DNA of 64,000 nucleotides, from contig CAXXYE010000003.1 in NCBI GenBank assembly GCA_963674865.2, positions 64,001 to 128,000 of the forward strand. The letters run 5' to 3'. The notes under the pieces were generated by a model that ran no database searches, was not told the DNA's origin, and was given only the letters and a program-made list of their open reading frames with translations. This DNA comes from Candidatus Hydrogenedentota bacterium (lineage in GTDB: Bacteria > Hydrogenedentota > Hydrogenedentia > Hydrogenedentales > SLHB01). The translations under genes were made by a program, and so were the position numbers. Shown piece after piece: positions 1 to 10,242 of the stretch. The number at the start of each line of letters is the position of its first letter. The stretch's first letter is position 1.

Positions 1-506
1 TCAATGAGCGCTGTTTCTTCGCCGCAGACGTAGGCTCCCGATCCGAGCACGATCTCGATGTCGAAATCGGCCTTCTCCTTGCCCTTGATGGCCTTACCAA
101 GCAGCTTGTTCTCACGGCGCTTGGCCAAGACCTCCTCCAGGTGAGGGCGCAAATACGTGTATTCGCCGCGCAGGTACATGATGCCCTTCTGGGCGCCGAT
201 GGCCAGGCCGCCAATAGTCATGCCCTCAAAAACCAGGTCGGCGTAATCCGAAAGGATAAGACGATCTTTGAACGTGCCCGGCTCGCCCTCGTCGGCGTTG
301 CAGACAATGAACTTCATGTCGTCTTTGACGGCGGCGGCGAGGTTCCATTTCACGCCCGTCGGAAAGCCTGCTCCGCCACGGCCCTTGATTCCGGAAGCGC
401 TGATCTGTCCGATGATGTCGGCCGGACTCTTCTCCAAGGCAGCCGCAAGACCGCTGTCTGGACTGATGGAGGCAAACGTCAATGAACGCTTCTTTTGAGC
501 GGTCAT
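1..506 (-). CDS. nuoF: NuoF/HoxF-like NADH-binding flavoprotein (diaphorase subunit), partial: 3' end runs off the window
   Basis: Manual translation from ATG 506: MTAQKKRS...SGIKGRGGAGFPTGVKW...IVCNADEGEPGTFKDR...YLRGEY...GAYVCGEETALI. These are NuoF-family FMN/NADH motifs. The start overlaps the nuoE-like stop (ATGA). The symbol is family-level; the partner enzyme is outside the window. Confidence 0.93.
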   Translation of the reverse strand, partial: MTAQKKRSLTFASISPDSGLAAALEKSPADIIGQISASGIKGRGGAGFPTGVKWNLAAAVKDDMKFIVCNADEGEPGTFKDRLILSDYADLVFEGMTIGGLAIGAQKGIMYLRGEYTYLRPHLEEVLAKRRENKLLGKAIKGKEKADFDIEIVLGSGAYVCGEETALI

Positions 507-1024
507 ACCAGGTGCCCCTCCTTTCTCTGCTCGGCGTGGGCGCCGAAGACCTTGCGGCACCCTTCCAGAATATCGTGGACCTTTTCGGGAGTTACTTGCG
601 TGAAGACTTGTTCGTTAACCAGCATGGCCGGGCCCTGGTCGCACATCCCGAGGCAGTTGGCCCATTCAAGGGTGAACTTCCCGTCGGGCGTCGTCTCGCC
701 GAACGCGATACCGAGGTCATTCTCGAGTTGCCGCGCTACACGGTCCTTGCCCTGCATATCGCACGCGATGGTGCGGCACACGCGGATGACGAACCGCCCT
801 TTCGGCTTGTCGTCGAGGAAGCTGTAGAAGGACACAACGCCGTACACTTCGACGGGGTGGATGCCCAACAGATCCGCGACAACCTGCATGGCGTACTCAG
901 AAATCTGATAGTACTCACGCTGGATTTCCTGCAGGATGGGGATGAGAGCGGACCGCTCGCGTCCGTAGCGATCGGCCAATGCTTCAATCTCGCCTTTGAG
1001 CCTGTCTTGTTCACTCAAGAGCAT
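503..1024 (-). CDS. nuoE: NuoE/HoxE-like [2Fe-2S] subunit
   Basis: ALIPILQEIQ, GVVSFYSF, CRTIAC and CLGMCDQGPAM motifs; adjacent to the NuoF-like gene. Family-level symbol. Confidence 0.93.
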   Translation of the reverse strand: MLLSEQDRLKGEIEALADRYGRERSALIPILQEIQREYYQISEYAMQVVADLLGIHPVEVYGVVSFYSFLDDKPKGRFVIRVCRTIACDMQGKDRVARQLENDLGIAFGETTPDGKFTLEWANCLGMCDQGPAMLVNEQVFTQVTPEKVHDILEGCRKVFGAHAEQRKEGHLV

Positions 1025-1028
1025 GCGA

Positions 1029-1409
1029 TCAGCCCTCCTCTTTCTTGAGCAGTGCGGCGACCTTCTCGATCAGCACGTCGGGTTTGGCGGGCTTCTCGAG
1101 GAAATCATCCACGGGAACGACGGACTCGTTCTTGCCGTATTCCATGCCCGTAACCTTCCCGATGCTTGTCAACATCAGGATCGGTTTTGTGAAGCCGCCG
1201 CGCCGCAGCTCCTGGGCCATGGCAATACCGTCGTCGGGCTGTTCCATCATGACGTCCAAGATCAGCACGTCCGGTATGGACTCGCTGATCGCCTGCATGC
1301 CCGTCTCGCGGCTGCAAGCGGAGGCGATCTCATAACCTTCCTTCTTCAGGAAGAGAGTACACGCCTCCACGACATCCGGGTCGTCATCGACAATCAGGAC
1401 CTTCGCCAT
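1029..1409 (-). CDS. Single-domain response regulator (REC)
   Basis: VLIVDDD, LILDVMM, MLTS and EKP motifs; start moved to ATG 1409, which follows an AAGGAG RBS. Confidence 0.9.
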   Translation of the reverse strand: MAKVLIVDDDPDVVEACTLFLKKEGYEIASACSRETGMQAISESIPDVLILDVMMEQPDDGIAMAQELRRGGFTKPILMLTSIGKVTGMEYGKNESVVPVDDFLEKPAKPDVLIEKVAALLKKEEG

Positions 1410-1558
1410 CTCGCGCTCCTTTCCTTCACAACAACTCGCTACTAAGTGTAAACCGAGAAACGCTGGGTTCGGAACTCTCGCCGCCAACGGGACCGGGCAG
1501 GAGAGCGTATCACCCTAGCTGGTGGGAACCTCGAATCACTCGCCGCAGCTAAACTTGC

Positions 1559-1574
1559 TGTGATTGTAATCACA
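1559..1574. promoter_or_regulatory. Palindromic operator TGTGATT-GT-AATCACA (Rex- or CRP/FNR-type TGTGA-N6-TCACA)
   Basis: Perfect 7-2-7 inverted repeat in the divergent intergenic region between NADH-linked redox operons. Confidence 0.6.
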
Positions 1575-1828
1575 ATGAACCCCACTTTGCAAACGGACTG
1601 CAAGTTACTTTCAACACAGGGGCGATTTATCTCGGCAATCCCAGTCAAGACGGGCCAAGAACGGCCGGTGGCCACCCGAGTCGCGAGTGCCATGGCCCTT
1701 CGGATGGGACTTGCGGCCATGCCCTGGGAGCCATCAATGCCTTTGTCCTCACCAAGCGGCCGGGGCCGGCTAAGGCGCTTCTACCTCGAAAGTATTTAGG
1801 AGCAATAACTTGCAGGCTACGCCCTTTG

Positions 1829-1857
1829 TTGAAAAGACCTTCATCCGTCCATATAAT
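1829..1857 (+). promoter_or_regulatory. Sigma70-type promoter of the fhs-hdr-met operon
   Basis: TTGAAA (1829-1834), 17 nt spacer, TATAAT (1852-1857). Confidence 0.75.
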
Positions 1858-1989
1858 GCCCGGCCATTGTCCGCGTGAGGGTAGCCGCCCGAGCACAATG
1901 GGCTGTCCTTAACCTATCGCCGCACTCAGAAGTCCGGCGCGAAGCCGCTGGCTTCTGCGCTGATTATGACACAGAGAAAGGAGTGCCGC

Positions 1990-3756
1990 ATGGCGACCCT
2001 GGACCCGAAAGCTATGGCCGACTGGGAAATTGCGGAAGCCGCCTCCGAGCATATGAAGACGGTGACGCAACTCGCCGGGGAAATGGGACTCGATCCCATC
2101 GAGCTGCTGCCCTATGGCCACCACGTGGGCAAACTGGATTTTGGCCGAATTCTCGATCGTTTGGCTGATCGGCCCAACGGGAAGTACATCGAGGTTACCG
2201 CCATCACGCCCACGCCTCTGGGCGAAGGGAAATCAACTACCTCGATGGGCCTAGTGCAGGGGCTCGGCCGGTTGGGCAAGAAGGTCATCGGCGCCATACG
2301 GCAACCTTCCAGCGGGCCGACCTTCAATATCAAAGGCTCGGCCGCGGGGGGCGGACTCAGCCAGTGCATTCCATTGACGGATTTCAGCCTCGGACTAACT
2401 GGGGACATCGACGCCGTTACCAACGCCCACAACCTCGCCATGGTGGCCCTTACCAGCCGCCTCCAACATGAATACAACTATGCCGACGCGGTGTTGGAGA
2501 AGAAGGGCCTCAAACGCCTCGACATCGATCCGAGAAACATCGCCGTCGGCTGGTGCATGGATTTCTGCGCTCAAGCGCTTAGAGAAATCGTCATCGGCAT
2601 GGGCGGCAAGATGGACGGCTTCATGCTGAAGAGCGGATTCCAGATCTCCGTTTCCTCGGAGGTGATGGCCGTGCTCGCCGTCGCCACCAGCCTCGCGGAT
2701 CTGCGGCAGCGTCTCGCCAAGATTGTTGTCGCGTATGACAAGGCTGGAAATCCTGTGACGACGGCGGACCTCGAAGTCGACGGGGCCATGACGGCCCTCA
2801 TGAGCAAGGCCATCAATCCAAACCTTATGCAGTCCATCGAGGGCCAGCCCGTTCTTGTTCACGCCGGCCCCTTTGCCAACATCGCCATCGGCCAGTCCTC
2901 CATCATCGCCGATCGGGTCGGCCTCAAGCTCGCCGACTACCACGTCACCGAAAGCGGATTCGGTGCGGATATCGGCTTCGAAAAGTTCTGGAACCTGAAG
3001 TGCCGCTTCAGCGGCCTCGTGCCCAACTGCTCCGTCATTGTGGCCACGATACGGGCGTTGAAGATGCACGGCGGCGGGCCGAAGGTCGCGCCGGGCAAGC
3101 CGCTTGACAGGGCCTACACGGAAGAAAACGTCGAACTCGTTGAAAAGGGCGCCGAGAACCTGATCGCCCATATCGAAACGGTAAAGAAGAGCGGGATTCC
3201 TGCCGTGGTGTGCATCAACCACTTCTACACCGACACGGATGCTGAAGTGGCGGCGGTTCGCAAGGCCGCGGAGGCGGTTGGGGCTACCGTGGCCGTCTCC
3301 AAGCATTGGGAGAAGGGCGGGGAGGGCGCCGTTGAACTCGCGGAGGCTGTAGTGGCTGCGTGCGAAACCGAGCCCAACTTCCAATTCCTCTACGAGAGTG
3401 GAATGCCTCTCAAGGAGAAGATCCGCCGTATTGCGACGGAGGTCTACGGCGCGGATGACGTCAGCTACTCGCCGGATGCCGAAGCGATGGTACGGCAGGT
3501 CGAGGCCGATGATGAACTGAAGCAACTGGGCACCTGTATGGTGAAGACCCATCTCAGCCTTTCCCACGACCCGAGCGTCAAGGGGCGCCCGAAGGGATGG
3601 ACGCTTCCCGTGCGCGATATTCTGATCTACCGGGGCGCCGGCTTCGTGGTGCCGGTTGCGGGCGACATCAAGCTTATGCCGGGCACGGCCTCGGATGCGG
3701 CCTTCCGGCGGATTGACGTGGACGTTGAGACGGGCAAGGTGAAGGGACTTTTCTGA
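1990..3756 (+). CDS. fhs: Formate--tetrahydrofolate ligase
   Basis: [49 protein letters not shown] and [12 protein letters not shown] motifs; ATG 1990 follows AAGGAG. Confidence 0.97.
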   Translation: MATLDPKAMADWEIAEAASEHMKTVTQLAGEMGLDPIELLPYGHHVGKLDFGRILDRLADRPNGKYIEVTAITPTPLGEGKSTTSMGLVQGLGRLGKKVIGAIRQPSSGPTFNIKGSAAGGGLSQCIPLTDFSLGLTGDIDAVTNAHNLAMVALTSRLQHEYNYADAVLEKKGLKRLDIDPRNIAVGWCMDFCAQALREIVIGMGGKMDGFMLKSGFQISVSSEVMAVLAVATSLADLRQRLAKIVVAYDKAGNPVTTADLEVDGAMTALMSKAINPNLMQSIEGQPVLVHAGPFANIAIGQSSIIADRVGLKLADYHVTESGFGADIGFEKFWNLKCRFSGLVPNCSVIVATIRALKMHGGGPKVAPGKPLDRAYTEENVELVEKGAENLIAHIETVKKSGIPAVVCINHFYTDTDAEVAAVRKAAEAVGATVAVSKHWEKGGEGAVELAEAVVAACETEPNFQFLYESGMPLKEKIRRIATEVYGADDVSYSPDAEAMVRQVEADDELKQLGTCMVKTHLSLSHDPSVKGRPKGWTLPVRDILIYRGAGFVVPVAGDIKLMPGTASDAAFRRIDVDVETGKVKGLF

Positions 3757-3829
3757 GGGTGCGCGGGCATCGCAGCGGACCTCCGCGTTCCCCTGGAGCA
3801 CAGAACAGGGCCGCTGTGTCATTGAGCAC

Positions 3830-4375
3830 GTGATGGGACCGGACGGAACTGGGCAAGAAGAGATTCTTCGAGGTCGTGCCGCGGTTGTCGATGGTGAGAA
3901 TCCCTGCCTGTGCTACCAGTGTGCCAAGTGCTCGACGGGATGCCCGCTCTCGAGCGAAATGGACCTGCTTCCCCATCAAATCATCCACCTGCTCTCGCTG
4001 GATATGGAAGAGCGGGCGCTCAAGTCGAAAACCATCTGGTTGTGCGCCTCGTGCTATACGTGCGCGGTGCGCTGCCCGAACGATATCGATATCACTTCCG
4101 TTATGGACGAACTGCGCGGCAAGGCGCTTTCCCAGGGCGTGCCGTGTCCCTTCCCTGAGATCCTCACCTTCCACAAGAACTTCATGCGGGACCTCATGCG
4201 GCGCGGCCGGGTGCACGAACTTCGGATGATGGGCGAGTACAACCTCCGCACGGGACACCCGTTCCACGATGCCCTGCTCGGCCTCCGCATGTTCCTTAAG
4301 GGGCGTCTGCGGCCGCTTCCCCCGCGGGCCGCCAAAGGATTCAAACGCTGGGCGAGGAGGCTATGGAAGTCTTGA
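3830..4375 (+). CDS. hdrC: Heterodisulfide reductase-like subunit C (2x[4Fe-4S])
   Basis: CYQCAKCSTGCP and IWLCASCYTCAVRCP; directly upstream of hdrB. Confidence 0.92.
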   Translation: MMGPDGTGQEEILRGRAAVVDGENPCLCYQCAKCSTGCPLSSEMDLLPHQIIHLLSLDMEERALKSKTIWLCASCYTCAVRCPNDIDITSVMDELRGKALSQGVPCPFPEILTFHKNFMRDLMRRGRVHELRMMGEYNLRTGHPFHDALLGLRMFLKGRLRPLPPRAAKGFKRWARRLWKS

Positions 4376-5250
4376 GCGAGCGCCGCGTAGCCTTGTTCCC
4401 GGGATGCAGCCTTGAGGGCACCTCAAGTGAATTCCTGGCCAGCCTGTTGGAAGTGTTCCGCGTGTTGGATATCCAGTGCCCGGCCCTCGATAACTGGAGT
4501 TGCTGCGGCGCCACCTCGGCCCATGCGCTGGACCACGAGATGCACCTGGCTCTGAATGCGCGAAACTTGGCCGCGGCGGAAGAGCAAGGGTATTCCGAGC
4601 TTCTCGTGCCGTGCGCGGCCTGCTATCACCGGCTCGCCAGTGCGGCCTTCGAGTTGCGTGACAAACCGGCGCGGCTTGCGGAGGTCAACGCAAAGACGGG
4701 CCTGGACTACCGCGGCGGCGTTGCCGTCCGGAACGTACTCGACTTTCTGGCCAACGATACCGGCACGGAGATGATTGCGGCGCGCGTCAAGACGCCGCTG
4801 GCTCACTTGAACGCCGCCTGCTACTACGGATGCCTTAACACGCGCATCCCCCGAATGCCCGCCTTTGACGACGTGGACTATCCGATGTCCATGGACCTCG
4901 TCGTGCAAGCGCTCGGGGCCAAGACGCTGGATTGGTCTTATAAGACAGAGTGCTGCGGCGCGAGCCTCTTCATCACAAAGGAAGAGACCTCCGCGCGTCT
5001 TGTGGCGCAGGTTCTGCAGGATGCCTTGGCGCGAGGGGCGGACTGCATCGTCGTGTCCTGCCCCATGTGCCACAACAACCTGGACACAAAACAGGCCGCG
5101 ATTCGCGAAGCCTTCGGAATTGCCAAACCGGTGCCGATCCTCTTCGTCACGCAGCTCATCGGACTAGCCTTCGGATTGGACGCCGGCCGGCTGGGGCTGG
5201 CGAAGCACTTCGTCCCGGTGGCGCTGTCGGCAACGGGAAAGGCCTGCTGA
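4363..5250 (+). CDS. hdrB: Heterodisulfide reductase-like subunit B (two CCG domains)
   Basis: FPGCS, WSCCGA, PCAAC, YYGC, TECCGA and SCPMCH motifs. Confidence 0.94.
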   Translation: MEVLSERRVALFPGCSLEGTSSEFLASLLEVFRVLDIQCPALDNWSCCGATSAHALDHEMHLALNARNLAAAEEQGYSELLVPCAACYHRLASAAFELRDKPARLAEVNAKTGLDYRGGVAVRNVLDFLANDTGTEMIAARVKTPLAHLNAACYYGCLNTRIPRMPAFDDVDYPMSMDLVVQALGAKTLDWSYKTECCGASLFITKEETSARLVAQVLQDALARGADCIVVSCPMCHNNLDTKQAAIREAFGIAKPVPILFVTQLIGLAFGLDAGRLGLAKHFVPVALSATGKAC

Positions 5251-5251
5251 G

Positions 5252-8200
5252 ATGGGCGGCGGCAACGGCAAGGTAGGCTCGGTACTGGTTGTCGGCGGAG
5301 GAATCGCCGGCATGCAGGCGGCCTTGGACTGCGCCAACTCCGGATTCAAGGTCTACCTCCTCGAAAGCGAGCCGGCCATTGGCGGAAACATGGCAAGGCT
5401 CGATAAGACGTTCCCGACGAACGACTGCGCCATGTGCATGCTGTCGCCCAAACTCGTCGAAACCGGCCGCCATCTGAGCATCGAGATCATCGCCTACGCC
5501 GACCTCAAGAAGCTCGAAGGGCGGCCGGGCAACTTCACGGCTACGGTTAACAAGCGCGCGCGATTCGTCGATGAAGAAAAGTGCAACGGCTGCGGCGACT
5601 GCGAGCAGGTGTGCCCCGTCCTCATCAAGGACACGTTCAACGGCGGCCTCATCGAGCGCCACGCTATCTACCGGCCCTATCCTCAGGCCATTCCCAATGT
5701 CTACACCATTGACAAGCAAGCCTCGCCTCCGCCGTGCCGGGGCACGTGTCCCGCGGGCGTGAACGCCCAAGGTTACGTCGCCCTCATCGCCAAGGGGAAG
5801 TTTCTCGAAGCGCTGGATGTCGTGCGCAATCGCATGCCCTTCGCGGGCATCTGCGGGCGAATCTGTCACCATCCCTGTGAAAACAACTGCAACCGCACGA
5901 AGATCGACACCGCCGTATCGGTTCGGAACCTGAAGCGGTTTGTGGCGGACTACGAGTGGGACTTGCTTCGTCAAGGCAAGTCCATTGAGCGCCCGCCAAG
6001 CGAAGAAGCCGAGGAAGAAAGGCAGGCGTATCCCGAGAAGGTGGCCGTTGTCGGAGGCGGCCCGGCGGGGCTGGCCTGCGCCAACGATCTGGCCGCGCTG
6101 GGACACTCCGTCACGGTGTTCGACGCCGCCCCGCAGTTGGGCGGCATGATGCGCACCGGCATCCCGCCCTACCGCCTGCCGCGCGACTTGTTGGATCACG
6201 AGATCGACCTCATCCTCGACGAGCGCATAAGCGTCCGTACGGGCGTGGCCCTCGGGCGGGACCTCTCCCTCGAGGACCTTGAGCGAGACGGCTACCAAGC
6301 GTCCTTCCTCGCCACGGGCGCGCAGCTCCCCAAGAAGATCCCCCTCGAAGGCGGCGATGCGAAGGGCGTTCTATACGGCATCCCTTTCCTGGGCGAGGTC
6401 AACGCGGGCGCGAAGCCCGAGCTGGGGAGCAAGATCGTCGTTATCGGCGGCGGAAACGTGGCCACGGACGTAGCCCGTTCGGCGCTGCGGCTGGCCGATG
6501 GCGGCTCGGTGACGCTGTATTGCCTGGAGTCGCGGGAGGAGATGCCCGCGCACACGTGGGAGATCTCGGAGGCCGAAGAGGAGGGCGTGGCGATTCGCCC
6601 GTCCTGGGGGCCGAGCCGCGTGATGGTGAAGGATGGGCGCGTAACCGGACTGGAATTGGTGCGGTGCACGGCGGTGCTTGACGAGGACAAGCGCTTCAAT
6701 CCGGCCTTTGACACGAATCAGAAAGAAACCGTTGAGGCCGACACGATCATCTTGGCCGTCGGCCAGGTGTGCGATCTGTCCTTTCTGGGCGACGCCGTCC
6801 AAACCAATCGCGGCCTCATCGAGGTCGACCGCCTGACGCTCGAAACCTCCCGCCCCGGCGTGTTCGCGGGCGGCGATAACGTTCTAGGGCCGGCCTCCCT
6901 CGTCGAGGCCGTCGAGCAGGGCCACCGGGCCGCGGAATCGATTGGCCGCTATCTGCGTGGCGAGGACATGCGCGCCGACCGCACGCCGGTTGCGCGGCCG
7001 ACGGAGTTTGCAGACATCCCGGACTGGGCCGATTGTTCGCCCGCGCTGCGCCATGAGGCGGCTCAAGCGGATGTGCAGCACCGAAGCACGTCGTTTGTGG
7101 AGATCGACAGCGGATACACCGAGGAGATGGCCGTCGCCGAGGCGCAGCGCTGCCTCAATTGCGGCGGCTGCTCCGTGTGCCGCGAGTGTGTCCGCGTGTG
7201 CAAGGCCGGAGCTATCGACCACGACATGCAGGACGAGCTTCGCGAGCTGAACGTCGGCGCCGTCATTCTGACAAACGGCTATGACACCTTCGACGCGACG
7301 CGCAAATCCGAATACGGTTACGGCCGCTATCCCAACGTGGTTACGAGCATGCAGTTCGAGCGCATCCTGAGCGCGTCCGGCCCGTACGACGGCCACGTCC
7401 GCCGCCCGTCCGACGGCGGAACGCCCAAGAAGGTGGCTTGGATTCAGTGCGTGGGCTCCCGCGATGTAACCGTGGGGAACGACTACTGCTCCTCCGTCTG
7501 CTGCATGTACGCGACGAAAGAGGCCATCATAGCTAAAGAGCATGAAAGCGATATCGAGCCTACGATCTTCTTCATCGATATGCGCGCCTTCGGCAAGGGA
7601 TTCGAGACCTTCTATAACCGCGCCAAGGACGAATGCGGCGTGCGCTACGTCCGCAGCCAAGTCTCATCGCTCAAAGAGAATCCCGAGAACCAGAACATCA
7701 TCGTCCGGTACGTCCAGGAATCGAACGGCCGGCAGCGCGTCGCCGAGGAGGAATTCGACTTGGTAGTCCTCTCCGTAGGACTCGTGGCGAAGCGCTCGAC
7801 GGAGGACGTGCTGGGCCTCTCGGACTTGGCCCGCAATCGCTACGGATTCGCGGAAGGGAAGCCGTTCACGCCGCTTCTGTCCAGTAAGGAAGGCGTGTTT
7901 CTCTGCGGGGCCGTGAGCGGGCCGAAGGATATCCCCGAGACCGTGATGGAGAGCAGCGGGGCCGCGGCCCTGTGCGGAGAACTGCTCCACTCGGTGCGCG
8001 GCACCGAGGTACAGGTGAAGGAGTATCCCGTCGAGAATGACGTGGGCGGCGAGGCGCCGCGGGTGGGTGTGTTCATCTGCCATTGCGGCGCGAACATCGC
8101 ATCCGTGGTCGACGTTGCCGCTGTGACGGAAGCCGCCAAGCGTATTCCGGGCGTCGTCTATGCGGAGCACACGATCTACACCTGCTCGCAGGATACGCAG

Positions 8201-9745
8201 GAGCGCATGAAGGAGATCATCGCCGAGAAAGGCCTGAACCGCGTCGTGGTGGCCTCGTGTACGCCACGCACCCACGAGCCGCTTTTCCAGGAGACGCTCC
8301 GCGAGGCCGGATTGAACAAGTATCTCTTCGAGATGGCCGACATCCGCGAGCAGTGCTCCTGGGTGCATCGCGAGGAGCCGGACAAAGCCATGGACAAGGC
8401 CACGGCCCTTGTGTGCGGTGCCGTCGGCAAGTCAAGATTGCTCGAGCCGCTCCAGTTCAAGCGCGTGGGCATCACCCGAGCGGCACTGATCGTCGGCGGC
8501 GGGATAGCAGGCATGACGGCCGCGCTATCCCTGGCGCGGCAGGGATTCCGCGTGCACCTAATCGAGCGAGAGGACCACCTGGGCGGCAACCTCATCCACC
8601 TGACTCGCGGCCTCGAAGGCTACGACTGGCAGGCCCATCTGAGCGAGGCGATCCGGCAGGTCGAGGACGATGAGGCCATCGACGTCTTCCTGCAAACGGA
8701 GGTGGACGAAGTCGCGGGATTTGTCGGCAACTTCCGGACACGCCTGCGAGGCGCGGCGGAAACGGAAGTCGAAGACGGGGCGATTATCGTCGCGACGGGT
8801 GCGGAGGAGCATCAGCCCGGAGCATTTCTCTTCGGGCAAGTTGAGCGCGTCATCACGCAGCGGGATCTCGAAGCCCGGCTCAATAACGGATTCTCGGCCC
8901 GGCACGTGGTGATGATCCAATGCGTCGGCAGCCGCGATGACGAGCGCCCCTACTGCTCGAGGGTGTGCTGCGGCGAAGCCGTAAAGAACGCCCTCGCCAT
9001 CAAGGAGAAGGATCCCGGCGCCAGCGTCCACATTCTCTACAGGGACATCCGCACCTTCCAGTATCGCGAGGAGTACTACAGGAAGGCCCGTGAGGCGGGC
9101 GTGATGTTCATCCATTTCCCCGATGATCAGTATCCCGAGGTGGCCGACGGCGGCGCAGGCCTGTCCGTGCGCGTTCACGACACGGTTCTCGGTGAAACGC
9201 TCGAACTGCGCCCCGACTACGTGGTGCTCAGCGCGGCCGTCGAGCCGGATCGGGCGAACAACGGCCGGCTCGCCGAGCAGCTCAAGGTATCGCTGAACGA
9301 AGACGGCTTCTTCATGGAGGCGCACCTCAAATTGCGCCCGGTGGATTTCGCCAACGAGGGGATATTCGTCTGCGGTTTGGCGCATTCGCCCAAGTACACC
9401 GAGGAGAACATCACCCAGGCGCTGGCGGCGGCCGGCCGGGCGGCGTGCATTCTCTCGAAGGAGTCGCTCGAGGTCGGCGGCGTGGTATCGCACGTGGATC
9501 CGGATAAATGCGCGACGTGCCTGACGTGCGTGCGCGAGTGCATCTACAACGCTCCCTTTGTCAACGCGGACGGCAAGGCCGAGATCGAAGAGGCAAAATG
9601 CCAGGGGTGCGGCAACTGCGCCTCGGCCTGCCCCGCCAAGGCGATCCAACTCCGCACGTTCACCGATGTGCAGGAGCGGGCGCTGTTTCGCAGCATTCTC
9701 GATGAGCAAGCGCAATCCGACTACATGGTTCTGGTGGATGAATAA
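5252..9745 (+). CDS. hdrA: Large HdrA/HdrL-like flavoprotein: two HdrA modules with an inserted GltD-like pyridine-nucleotide oxidoreductase domain
   Basis: GGGIAG and LDKTFPTNDCAMC at the N-terminus; insert with CGRICHHPCE, GGGPAG and GGGNVA; two QCVGSR...YCS-x-VCC motifs; second GGGIAG; C-terminal 2x[4Fe-4S]. Confidence 0.93.
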   Translation: MGGGNGKVGSVLVVGGGIAGMQAALDCANSGFKVYLLESEPAIGGNMARLDKTFPTNDCAMCMLSPKLVETGRHLSIEIIAYADLKKLEGRPGNFTATVNKRARFVDEEKCNGCGDCEQVCPVLIKDTFNGGLIERHAIYRPYPQAIPNVYTIDKQASPPPCRGTCPAGVNAQGYVALIAKGKFLEALDVVRNRMPFAGICGRICHHPCENNCNRTKIDTAVSVRNLKRFVADYEWDLLRQGKSIERPPSEEAEEERQAYPEKVAVVGGGPAGLACANDLAALGHSVTVFDAAPQLGGMMRTGIPPYRLPRDLLDHEIDLILDERISVRTGVALGRDLSLEDLERDGYQASFLATGAQLPKKIPLEGGDAKGVLYGIPFLGEVNAGAKPELGSKIVVIGGGNVATDVARSALRLADGGSVTLYCLESREEMPAHTWEISEAEEEGVAIRPSWGPSRVMVKDGRVTGLELVRCTAVLDEDKRFNPAFDTNQKETVEADTIILAVGQVCDLSFLGDAVQTNRGLIEVDRLTLETSRPGVFAGGDNVLGPASLVEAVEQGHRAAESIGRYLRGEDMRADRTPVARPTEFADIPDWADCSPALRHEAAQADVQHRSTSFVEIDSGYTEEMAVAEAQRCLNCGGCSVCRECVRVCKAGAIDHDMQDELRELNVGAVILTNGYDTFDATRKSEYGYGRYPNVVTSMQFERILSASGPYDGHVRRPSDGGTPKKVAWIQCVGSRDVTVGNDYCSSVCCMYATKEAIIAKEHESDIEPTIFFIDMRAFGKGFETFYNRAKDECGVRYVRSQVSSLKENPENQNIIVRYVQESNGRQRVAEEEFDLVVLSVGLVAKRSTEDVLGLSDLARNRYGFAEGKPFTPLLSSKEGVFLCGAVSGPKDIPETVMESSGAAALCGELLHSVRGTEVQVKEYPVENDVGGEAPRVGVFICHCGANIASVVDVAAVTEAAKRIPGVVYAEHTIYTCSQDTQERMKEIIAEKGLNRVVVASCTPRTHEPLFQETLREAGLNKYLFEMADIREQCSWVHREEPDKAMDKATALVCGAVGKSRLLEPLQFKRVGITRAALIVGGGIAGMTAALSLARQGFRVHLIEREDHLGGNLIHLTRGLEGYDWQAHLSEAIRQVEDDEAIDVFLQTEVDEVAGFVGNFRTRLRGAAETEVEDGAIIVATGAEEHQPGAFLFGQVERVITQRDLEARLNNGFSARHVVMIQCVGSRDDERPYCSRVCCGEAVKNALAIKEKDPGASVHILYRDIRTFQYREEYYRKAREAGVMFIHFPDDQYPEVADGGAGLSVRVHDTVLGETLELRPDYVVLSAAVEPDRANNGRLAEQLKVSLNEDGFFMEAHLKLRPVDFANEGIFVCGLAHSPKYTEENITQALAAAGRAACILSKESLEVGGVVSHVDPDKCATCLTCVRECIYNAPFVNADGKAEIEEAKCQGCGNCASACPAKAIQLRTFTDVQERALFRSILDEQAQSDYMVLVDE

Positions 9746-9795
9746 GGACGGACAAGCCGCTCCCGGCCGCGAGCCGGGAGGCGACTGCAACACCC

Positions 9796-10242
9796 ATGAC
9801 TGACGAACCGAACATCATCGCCTTCTGCTGCCACTACTGCGCGTTCACCGCGGCGGATCTGGCGGGAACCATGCGTCGCCAGTATCCGACGAACATCCGG
9901 ATTGTCCGGCTGCCGTGTTCCGGGAAGGTCGATGTGAACCTCATTTTGCAGGCGTTTCTCGACGGGGCCGACGGCGTGATGGTAGGCGCGTGCGAGCCCG
10001 GCGGCTGCCATTTCATCCAAGGCAACCTGCGGGCGCGGAAGCGCGTCGACTACGCCAAGCGCCTGTTGGCCGAGGTCGGCATCAGCCCGGAGCGGCTGGA
10101 GATGTACTACATCGCGGCGTCGCAAGGGCCGCTCTTTGCGCAGCGGGCGACGGAATTCACGGAGCGGATCAAACAACTCAACGCCGAGGCGGCCGCGCAG
10201 GCGGAGGAAGTCGCTCAAGAGGCGAGTGGAGAGGCGACATGA
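9796..10242 (+). CDS. mvhD: MvhD-like [2Fe-2S] subunit
   Basis: FCCHYCAFTAADLAG, RLPCSGKV, GADGV-x3-ACEPGGCHFIQGN. Confidence 0.94.
   Translation: MTDEPNIIAFCCHYCAFTAADLAGTMRRQYPTNIRIVRLPCSGKVDVNLILQAFLDGADGVMVGACEPGGCHFIQGNLRARKRVDYAKRLLAEVGISPERLEMYYIAASQGPLFAQRATEFTERIKQLNAEAAAQAEEVAQEASGEAT

Noticed and set aside
1..1024. Respiratory complex I operon
   Set aside because: No nuoA-D upstream; the context fits a soluble diaphorase module.
1864..1989. ZTP or THF riboswitch upstream of fhs
   Set aside because: I could not find the consensus elements; kept only as an unassigned hairpin.
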